Virus record (IMG/VR): IMGVR_UViG_3300032321_001527
Span: 1 to 42,986 of that record
Strand: one strand, 5' to 3'
Length of the DNA: 42,986 nt
Origin: a virus
Lineage: Duplodnaviria > Caudoviricetes
A program made the translations under genes and the position numbers. The notes under the pieces were generated by a model. It was given only the letters and a program-made list of their open reading frames with translations, did not search any database and was not told where the DNA came from. Numbering within the stretch: position 1 is the stretch's first letter; every line of letters starts with the position of its first letter. This document shows, piece after piece, positions 1-6,165 of the stretch.

Positions 1-207
1 CAGCGCTTCGGCCAGCGCCTCGGACAACGTGGCGCCGTCACCGGCCACGCGGCCGCCGCCGGACAGGCGGGTGACCACCACGCGCACGCTGCGCGCGGTG
101 AACGTGCGGGCGGCGCCGCGGGCGTGTACGTCGACGGCTTCGACGTCGGGGTGGGCGATCAGGGCCGCGTACAGCACGGCAAGGGGCGGGACGGGGATAG
201 GAGACAT
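1..207 (-). CDS. Hypothetical early protein, 3'-truncated by the window edge (MSPIPVPPLAVLYAALIAHPDVEAVDVHARG...)
   Basis: Manual translation: ATG at 207 and open frame to base 1, with high-GC3 codons. Lies downstream of promoter P1 and the structured element at 242-335. Not in the ORF track. Confidence 0.65.
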   Translation of the reverse strand, partial: MSPIPVPPLAVLYAALIAHPDVEAVDVHARGAARTFTARSVRVVVTRLSGGGRVAGDGATLSEALAEAL

Positions 208-241
208 GGATACCTAGGGCGTTAGAGTTACTGCTAACCGC

Positions 242-335
242 GGCGGGATGCCACGGGTAGCACGTACCGGCCTGGACCTTTGGGGGCGGGTCCGGTGCGT
301 GCTACGCGTGGGCGGGTAGGGGCGAGCCTACCCGC
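242..335 (-). repeat. Structured intergenic repeat element, copy 1 (long stem plus GCGGGTAG/CTACCCGC hairpin)
   Basis: Aligns with 986-1063. Long stem CACG-g-GTAGCACGTACCGG...CCGGTGCGTGCTAC-g-CGTG, followed by GCGGGTAGG-ggcgag-CCTACCCGC. Confidence 0.85.
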
Positions 336-347
336 GGCGGCGTCGAA

Positions 348-376
348 TAGGTATAGCGCAGTCCGCGCTACGTCAA
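348..376 (-). promoter_or_regulatory. Early sigma70-type promoter P1 (TTGACG-N17-TACCTA)
   Basis: Shares CTTGACGTAG with three other copies; 17-bp spacer is palindromic (TAGCGC..GCGCTA). The -10 is the weakest of the four. Confidence 0.65.
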
Positions 377-380
377 GCGG

Positions 381-803
381 TTAGAGCCAGCATTCCGGGG
401 CGACGGTTTCCAACGCGCCTTCCATGCAGTCGTAGGCGGCGCGGGTGTCCAGCTCCCACCCCGGCGGCACGGTGACGGCCACAACGTGCCACGCGTGAAC
501 GTGCGCCCCCGATTCGGGGTCAAACAGCACCGAGTAGGGCCGCAAGGTGAACCGGGCCGCGTTCCAGACCCGCCGGCCGGCGCCGTCGCGGTAGGGAAGG
601 CGGGCGAGGAAGGTCATATCCGCCGCCCAATCGGCGAGGAATGTATCAGCGATGAAGTACGGCGCCCGGTGATCCGGCAGACTGTAGCTTTCGAACGCGA
701 CCGGGTACGGACACCCGGGCGGGGCGGACTCCGCCACGGTGCGACGGGTAGGAACCTTGTAGACGCGGCGGGGCGCGCCCCGGGCGATAAGGCGGGCGCT
801 CAC
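381..803 (-). CDS. Hypothetical early protein (140 aa)
   Basis: GTG start overlaps the upstream TGA stop (GTGA coupling); stop lies just before promoter P1. Confidence 0.7.
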   Translation of the reverse strand: MSARLIARGAPRRVYKVPTRRTVAESAPPGCPYPVAFESYSLPDHRAPYFIADTFLADWAADMTFLARLPYRDGAGRRVWNAARFTLRPYSVLFDPESGAHVHAWHVVAVTVPPGWELDTRAAYDCMEGALETVAPECWL

Positions 804-955
804 TGCGACACCGGCGCGGCGCGCAGGCCAGCCACGGTGAGCGCGACGCCGCCCACGGCGAGGATACCCACGTAGGCGGCCAACCAGATAGCGCCCGCGC
901 CGGGGCTCCAGTCAACGGCGGGCGGGTGAGAGAGGAAAGAAAGGATAGCGGACAT
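800..955 (-). CDS. Small single-pass membrane protein (51 aa, MSAILSFLSH...)
   Basis: GGAG RBS before ATG at 955; hydrophobic stretch AIWLAAYVGILAVGGVALTVAGL. This is the 3' end of ORF-track 800..1414. Confidence 0.7.
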   Translation of the reverse strand: MSAILSFLSHPPAVDWSPGAGAIWLAAYVGILAVGGVALTVAGLRAAPVSQ

Positions 956-985
956 GGTAGACTCCAGGTGGCGGGGTTGAATCCG

Positions 986-1063
986 GGCGGGGTGCCGCGG
1001 GTAGCACGTATCGACCAGGCCGATACGTGCTACGCGCGGGGCGGGTAGGGGCGAGCTACCCGC
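986..1063 (-). repeat. Structured intergenic repeat element, copy 2
   Basis: CCGCG-g-GTAGCACGTATCG-accaggc-CGATACGTGCTAC-g-CGCGG followed by GCGGGTAG-gggcgag-CTACCCGC; homologous to 242-335. Confidence 0.85.
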
Positions 1064-1076
1064 CGGGGCCGGGGCG

Positions 1077-1859
1077 CTACGTCGCGACGTTCGGGTAAAC
1101 GAACCCGCCGCGGTCGGACTTGGCGCGACCCTTTGCGCGCAACCCGGCAACGTGACCGGCGGGGTCAAGGAACCGCGCATCGGTGACGTCAGCGTCAAAC
1201 ACCGGGAAGCCGTGCCACGTAGCGGGGAGCGGCTCGCCCCGCTTGACGTTGAAGACCACCGCAGCGTTACCACCGGCGCGCATGTAGGCCAGCGCGTGAC
1301 GAACCCGGGCGGGGCTGACGTCAACGCTGTACGTGAGATGCACAGGACCGCCGAGGGTGGCGGGGCGCTTCGTGTAGTCGTACAACGTGATACCCAGTGC
1401 GACGGCGTACCCAACGACTTCGGGGTAGTCTGCTACCCAGTCGATGTCCGATGTGCCATTCATGCGCAGTGCAGGGCGCATTCCGACGCTAGCCGCGTTG
1501 GCGGCTAGGCGGCGCATATCGCGGCACATGATGGCTACGAACCGCGCGCGGTCGGTGTAGAACAGATGCGACCGACGAAAGCGGCCGTCTTCCACGTTGT
1601 TCTGGAACGGGGTTCCGTTGTAGCTGTTCATGGCAAGGCCGCCGCGGCCTGCGGTGTTCAGGCACGAACGGCGGCACGTACCAGCGAACGGACACGCATT
1701 CACGTGCAGCGGGGCGAGCCCGTGTGCGACGCGCAAGCGGTCATACTCACGCGCCGGCAACAGGTGAACCACGCCGCTGTATACGGATACGTCGCGGCTC
1801 TTCAGAAGCTTTGGGTTAGACATGGATATCAGGCGGGACGGGGGAGGGATAGGGCGCAC
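1077..1859 (-). CDS. GP88-like (gene product 88 family) Cys-motif protein, possibly radical-SAM-like Fe-S protein
   Basis: Motifs CPFAGTCRRSCLNTAGRG, RMNGTSDIDW, LYDYTK, LTYS, NAAVVF, DARFLDP.G.V.GLRAKG match my recollection of the phage GP88-like family. GGAG RBS precedes GTG at 1859. Confidence 0.75.
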   Translation of the reverse strand: MRPIPPPSRLISMSNPKLLKSRDVSVYSGVVHLLPAREYDRLRVAHGLAPLHVNACPFAGTCRRSCLNTAGRGGLAMNSYNGTPFQNNVEDGRFRRSHLFYTDRARFVAIMCRDMRRLAANAASVGMRPALRMNGTSDIDWVADYPEVVGYAVALGITLYDYTKRPATLGGPVHLTYSVDVSPARVRHALAYMRAGGNAAVVFNVKRGEPLPATWHGFPVFDADVTDARFLDPAGHVAGLRAKGRAKSDRGGFVYPNVAT

Positions 1860-1891
1860 GGTCGTTGTCTCCAATCGGTGAGGGTATTTGT

Positions 1892-1920
1892 AGTGTAGTG
1901 CGCTGTAGGCACTACGTCAA
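1892..1920 (-). promoter_or_regulatory. Early sigma70-type promoter P2 (TTGACG-N17-TACACT)
   Basis: Near-consensus hexamers with 17-bp spacing; GTAGTGC/GCACTAC dyad; the -35 overlaps the TGA stop of the upstream gene. Confidence 0.8.
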
Positions 1921-2117
1921 GCGGTATCGGCGAGATAATATTCTAGGTATTCGATGGTCTCCAATGCGAGCTGATCGCGCAGGTCGGCAAGCGCCGCGGC
2001 CACGGTGGGCCATTCGGTATCGTTGTCGGCGCGGCCTACCACGCGGCCGGGGGGTAGAATGAAATACAGCGGGCCATACTCCACCCGGAAAGCGACAAGC
2101 GGACGCGGCGCGGACAC
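1917..2117 (-). CDS. Hypothetical early protein (66 aa, MSAPRPLVAFRVEYG...)
   Basis: GTG at 2117 overlaps the TAG of the upstream small ORF; 3' part of ORF-track 1917..2204. Confidence 0.55.
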   Translation of the reverse strand: MSAPRPLVAFRVEYGPLYFILPPGRVVGRADNDTEWPTVAAALADLRDQLALETIEYLEYYLADTA

Positions 2118-2254
2118 TAGAAACCGCCAAGCATGCGAACGCGCCACCCGTTGTGACCGTATTCGGTAACTTCGAATGCGAAGCCCGCGCGGGTGAGCGC
2201 GCACACGATTTCGATCATGGTTTCAGTATCTGGGGGGTAGATGTCACGTGCCAT
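2117..2254 (-). CDS. Small hypothetical early protein (45 aa, MARDIYPPDTETMIEIVCALTRAGFAFEVTEYGHNGWRVRMLGGF)
   Basis: Manual translation; GGAG RBS; first ORF after promoter P3 and its leader. Confidence 0.6.
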   Translation of the reverse strand: MARDIYPPDTETMIEIVCALTRAGFAFEVTEYGHNGWRVRMLGGF

Positions 2255-2269
2255 GGTGGTAGCTCCGGG

Positions 2270-2339
2270 TTCGGGGTTGGCGCGGCGCTGCATTGCGCTC
2301 GCCCTTCCTATGTAGTGCGCGCCGTTCCCTACGTCAAGG
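2270..2339 (-). promoter_or_regulatory. Early promoter P3 (TTGACG-N17-TACATA) plus conserved leader hairpin; left arm of a 70-bp inverted repeat
   Basis: Reverse complement matches 2680-2749 at 58/70 positions by manual ungapped alignment. Confidence 0.8.
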
Positions 2340-2679
2340 GGTGGCGCGTAACTTTCTGCAAGATTCCGGATAGATTAGCGCACCTGCACCACGATACGAT
2401 TAGCGCGCCTTGATCCTACGCTATTGCAGGGTAGGGGCCCCCTGTTCGCAAGGCTACCAGATTAGGAGCGTTTGAGGCCGCATATTCCAGACACCCACGA
2501 AAAGGCCTCTAGGACGCAATATGAGCGCGCCTAACGCCGACCCTGTAGGGTAGGTACCCCCAAGCCTTTAGGAAAGGAGTTGGCTTAGAACCTCGGTTAT
2601 TCGCGGATTACTGGATTCCAGGCCTCAAACCTACATAATCCCACTACCCAAACATATTCGCGGCTATCGCGCTTTCCGG

Positions 2680-2749
2680 CCTTGACGTAGTGACTACAGC
2701 GCACTACACTAGAAGGGTGAGCGCAATACAGCGCCACGCCAACCCCGAA
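2680..2749 (+). promoter_or_regulatory. Early promoter P4 (TTGACG-N17-TACACT) plus conserved leader hairpin; right arm of the inverted repeat
   Basis: -35 at 2682-2687 and -10 at 2705-2710; divergent from P3. Confidence 0.8.
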
Positions 2750-2761
2750 AGGAACCGACCG

Positions 2762-2986
2762 ATGCCCGATACCTTCCCCCGCGCCGACGACCTGTACAGC
2801 GACCTGTTCTATTGGCTTGTCGGCCGACCCGCGTCGCCCGCGCTGTGCGCCGCGCTCCCCAACGCTCGCACTCGCCACGCCCGCAAGGGGGCCTATCGCG
2901 CCGACGCCGCGGCCCCGTTGCTCGCTCTGCTACCCGCCGACGACCCCATGCACCGCGTCGCGGCCGTCGCCCGCCGGAACGGGTAG
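2762..2986 (+). CDS. Hypothetical early protein (74 aa, MPDTFPRADDLYSDLFYW...)
   Basis: AAGGA RBS before ATG at 2762; directly downstream of P4. Confidence 0.7.
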   Translation: MPDTFPRADDLYSDLFYWLVGRPASPALCAALPNARTRHARKGAYRADAAAPLLALLPADDPMHRVAAVARRNG

Positions 2987-3131
2987 CCGCCCGCCGCCGG
3001 AAAGGGGCCATCCTGTTCACGCCACCGGGTAGGGGCCCCCCTAGGGCTCGCCACCAGCCGGTCGGCCGTCAAGCGTTCGACCCCCTCCCCACCCAGGGGC
3101 TGTACCCTATAACTATGCCCCTCCATAAATC

Positions 3132-3230
3132 TCGGTAGCAAAATATGGGTTCTTTTCTATATTTTCGGTAGCAAAATATGGGTTCTTTTCTATATTTTCG
3201 GTAGCAAATATGGAAAGTTTTCTATATTCC
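3132..3230. repeat. AT-rich tandem repeat, 3 x 33 bp (TCGGTAGCAAAATATGGGTTCTTTTCTATATTT)
   Basis: Units start at 3132, 3165 and 3198. The first two are identical; the third diverges mostly in the loop. No spacers. Confidence 0.95.
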
Positions 3231-3430
3231 GGGGCAGAAATAGCATATTTCAGCCCATTGACAGCCCCTCGCCGACCCTCGCCAGCCTCCGAGCAGGCCT
3301 CGCGGGCCGCCTGCCAACCTGGCCGACAACACGCCCATTTCGCGCTTTGCGCCGGTCGCACCTGCATTTGCCGCCGAAACGCCCGATTCATTAGAGTTAC
3401 AAAATCGAGCTTTTCTCGCGCAACACTCAG

Positions 3431-3531
3431 GGCTCGAAACAAAGTGTATGTATCTGTGTATATCATATCACTACAAATACATACCCCCGCGTGTAGTGAT
3501 ATACATAGATACATACACTTTGTTTCGAGCC
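3431..3531. repeat. Long near-perfect AT-rich inverted repeat (35-bp arms, 1 mismatch)
   Basis: GGCTCGAAACAAAGTGTATGTATCTGTGTATATCA (3431-3465) vs TGATATACATAGATACATACACTTTGTTTCGAGCC (3497-3531). Weaker symmetry extends to about 3418-3543. Confidence 0.95.
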
Positions 3532-3548
3532 TCGGAGTTGCGCACGCC

Positions 3549-3578
3549 TTGACCGTGCCCCTCGGGCCGAGGTACCTT
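3549..3578 (+). promoter_or_regulatory. Candidate promoter TTGACC-N18-TACCTT for a leaderless terminase-small-subunit mRNA
   Basis: The -10 ends 6 nt before ATG 3585; no good Shine-Dalgarno sequence next to the start. Confidence 0.5.
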
Positions 3579-3584
3579 GGCGTC

Positions 3585-4244
3585 ATGCCCCGACCCCTCA
3601 AAGAGACCCTCACGCCGCTGGCGCAGGGCGTTTCCGAGCCGTGGACGCCCCCGCTTCTGGACGCCCAGCTGACGGCATTTGCCGAGAAAGGCAAGTTCAT
3701 GCCGGACATCAACACGACCATCGACACCGACGCCGCACGCCGAGCGCGCTTCGCTGCCGCCATGTTCCTCAAAGGGCACACCGCACGCGAGACCAAAGAG
3801 CGGCTGATGCAGAAGTTCTCGGTCAGCGAGGGCGTGGCGGCGAACACCATCCGCAAGCTGAAAGACGAAGCCCGCCTGCACACCAACGACGACGCGGCGA
3901 TGGACGTCATCGTCAAGGAGCTGACGAAGCACGCCATCCAGCGAGCGCAGTACTTCCACGACGAAGCCATGGCGCCCCTGCCCGATGACCTGATGCTCAC
4001 ACCCCAGGCGGTCGGTCAGGTGCAGCGTGCGCGCGTGGAGGCCTCCAAGGAGGCTCGCGCGTCCTCCGAGTTCGTGCTCAACGTCTTCGGACGCACGGCG
4101 GCCCGGTGGTCATCGAAGCAGCAGGTCGAAGTCACGCCCCTGTCCGGAGGCACGCCCGAGCAGATTGCCGCGGTCAACAAGCTCTTGGGCATCGAGACAC
4201 GCGACATCATCGACGTTACGCCTGAGTCCGAGGAACTCCCATGA
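3585..4244 (+). CDS. Putative terminase small subunit (219 aa)
   Basis: Position upstream of TerL; HTH-like segment (HTARETKERLMQKFSVSEGVAANTIRKLK) followed by helices. Coding-like codon bias begins at ATG 3585, not at 3210. Confidence 0.6.
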   Translation: MPRPLKETLTPLAQGVSEPWTPPLLDAQLTAFAEKGKFMPDINTTIDTDAARRARFAAAMFLKGHTARETKERLMQKFSVSEGVAANTIRKLKDEARLHTNDDAAMDVIVKELTKHAIQRAQYFHDEAMAPLPDDLMLTPQAVGQVQRARVEASKEARASSEFVLNVFGRTAARWSSKQQVEVTPLSGGTPEQIAAVNKLLGIETRDIIDVTPESEELP

Positions 4245-4537
4245 CCCGCATCCGCCCCGAACTCCTCCTGCCGCCGAGTCCGACGACGACCGCGGCCCTG
4301 CCACCCGAGGACGCTCCCCCGTCGAGGCGCTGCTGCAAGTCGTTCTGCTTCACGCCGGCGACGCACCGGCTGCTCATCGTGGCGCTGCCGGACGAGGGGA
4401 CGTTCACGTTCGACAACTTCTACACCTGCCCGGAACACATCCCCGCGGACATGGCGTCGGTCTTCGCGGACACCCGCCAGTTCGAAGCCATGTACCCCGA
4501 GGCCACGGGCTTCCAGATTCTCGCGCAGCCGCTCTGA
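4241..4537 (+). CDS. Hypothetical protein (98 aa, Cys-containing)
   Basis: ATGA overlap with the upstream gene; fills the gap to TerL. Confidence 0.7.
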   Translation: MTRIRPELLLPPSPTTTAALPPEDAPPSRRCCKSFCFTPATHRLLIVALPDEGTFTFDNFYTCPEHIPADMASVFADTRQFEAMYPEATGFQILAQPL

Positions 4538-4540
4538 CCC

Positions 4541-6160
4541 ATGGCACAGCAAGCGACCTTGAACGTCGCGGCCATCGACAGCATCCAGAAGGAGCTGGCC
4601 GCGGGCCGGACGCACCGCTTCGTGGAGTCCTCCCGCATCGTGCGCGAGGACGAGTCGGTAGGCCTGCTGACCTTGGAGCGCCAGCAGCGCGAGGTGCTGG
4701 ACGCGTGGGCAGAGCACCGGTGGGTGATGGTGGTGAAGTACCGGCAGGCGAAGATTTCGACCGCCCTGGCGCTCTCGCTGCTCGGACATGTGGAGTACAC
4801 CCCGGGCATCCAGGGCGTGTTCATCGCCGAGCGGTACGACACGGCGGAAACGGTCTGGAACCGTGCGAGCTACGCGTACATGAATCAGCCGCCGGAGACC
4901 AAGATTCCGCTCTTCGACGGCACGGGTGCCTCAAACCGCATGATGCGGTTCGCCCACAACGGTGCCATCCGGGTCATCTCCGGTGGCGGCAAGGCGCCGG
5001 CCATCGGCAACTCGCCCGACCGTATCGTCGTGACCGAGTACCCGGACGTCCCCGACCACGACAACTTCAACGTCCACTTCTTCCCAACGGTCAACAAGCG
5101 GCCGAACGCGCGCGTGGCGTTTGAGCACACACCCGGGACGTTTCAGTCCGTGCCGCACACGATGTGGCTCAAGGCCTTAGAGGGCAAGGGCCGCTTCCAC
5201 CCCATCTTCCTCAAGTGGTGGCTCGACCCGTCCATCGTGCCGATTGACGAGTTTGGCACGCCGAAGAGCTGCCTCGACCTCACGCCGACGAACGAGGAGC
5301 TGCGGCTCATCGAGACCATGCCGGGCATCACGAAGGCGCACCTGCAGTTCCGCCGGGACGCCCTGGACACCGAGTTCCACGGCGACATCCACCTCTTCGA
5401 CCACAAGTACCCGAAGGGACCGTACGACGGCTGGATCAGCAGCACCAACCCGGCCATCCCGATGCAGGCCCTGCAGTGGCTCATGGAGTCCGCGAAGCCC
5501 ATCAAAGACCACATCGAGCACATCTACGAGAACCCGGAGGAGGACAGCGACTGCCCGTACCTCATCACCTGCGACCCGGCCGGGTGGGGCGAGACCGGCG
5601 ACCCCAGTGCCCTGACGGTCTGGAACGTCTGGGACCGCCGAGAGGTGGCTACGTGGTCAGGCCGAGAAGACCCCGGGCAGCTGGCGCAGCGGCTCATGCG
5701 CCTGCAGAAGATGTTCGGCGTGAAGCGGACGCAGGTCGCCGTCGAGAGCAACAAGGGCGAGTGCCTGAGCGCCCTGCGGGCCTACGGGTGCCCGAACCTG
5801 TACAACCACTCCGAGAACCAGCCGGGCTTCCCGGCCTCGACGCAGACGAACGCGGACGCGCTGACCGACCTCGTGGACCTCCTGCGCCATCAGGACATCA
5901 CCATCCGGACGCAGTCCACCCTGCACCAGCTGATGTCGTGGGACGGCACGGGGCGGAAGCGCCGCGCGAAGAGCGCCGAGGGCACGCACCACTTCGACCG
6001 TGCCGTCACCTGCCGCATTGCGGCGTACATCTTTCGTCGCAGAGGCAATACGGTACGTCCGAAGCCGGTTCTGCACACGAAGGGCTTGACAGTTCGTGAG
6101 TTCGATAGGATGTTTGCCGCCAAGAAGCACCGCAAGGTGTTAGGCATCCCCACAGGCTGA
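4541..6160 (+). CDS. terL: Terminase large subunit
   Basis: Walker A-like VVKYRQAKIST, Walker B-like IVVTEY, motif III EHTP; RNase H-like nuclease LITCDPAG..GDPS, AVESN, HHFDRAV. Confidence 0.92.
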   Translation: MAQQATLNVAAIDSIQKELAAGRTHRFVESSRIVREDESVGLLTLERQQREVLDAWAEHRWVMVVKYRQAKISTALALSLLGHVEYTPGIQGVFIAERYDTAETVWNRASYAYMNQPPETKIPLFDGTGASNRMMRFAHNGAIRVISGGGKAPAIGNSPDRIVVTEYPDVPDHDNFNVHFFPTVNKRPNARVAFEHTPGTFQSVPHTMWLKALEGKGRFHPIFLKWWLDPSIVPIDEFGTPKSCLDLTPTNEELRLIETMPGITKAHLQFRRDALDTEFHGDIHLFDHKYPKGPYDGWISSTNPAIPMQALQWLMESAKPIKDHIEHIYENPEEDSDCPYLITCDPAGWGETGDPSALTVWNVWDRREVATWSGREDPGQLAQRLMRLQKMFGVKRTQVAVESNKGECLSALRAYGCPNLYNHSENQPGFPASTQTNADALTDLVDLLRHQDITIRTQSTLHQLMSWDGTGRKRRAKSAEGTHHFDRAVTCRIAAYIFRRRGNTVRPKPVLHTKGLTVREFDRMFAAKKHRKVLGIPTG

Positions 6161-6165
6161 ACCTC

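Noticed and set aside
221-386. Integron attC-like cassette sites (GTTAGAG at 221 and 380 near hairpins)
   Set aside because: No proper RYYYAAC...GTTRRRY box arrangement around the stems and no integrase in the window; the 380 match is just a stop codon.
242-1063. Self-cleaving ribozyme or tRNA identity for the structured repeats
   Set aside because: No hammerhead core (CUGANGA/GAAA), no cloverleaf or T-loop, and no other ribozyme consensus recognisable by eye.
3132-3230. CRISPR mini-array, suggested by the repeat length and a Cas4-like gene in the window
   Set aside because: The units are contiguous with no unique spacers; stand-alone Cas4-like nucleases are common in phages and no other cas genes are present.
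3210-3584. N-terminal extension of ORF 3210..4244 and antisense ORF 3113..4000
   Set aside because: They run through the tandem repeats and palindrome with non-coding composition; coding bias and a candidate promoter point to ATG 3585.
3258-6112. Isolated TTGACA hexamers at 3258 and 6087 as promoters
   Set aside because: No acceptable -10 hexamer at 16-18 bp spacing.
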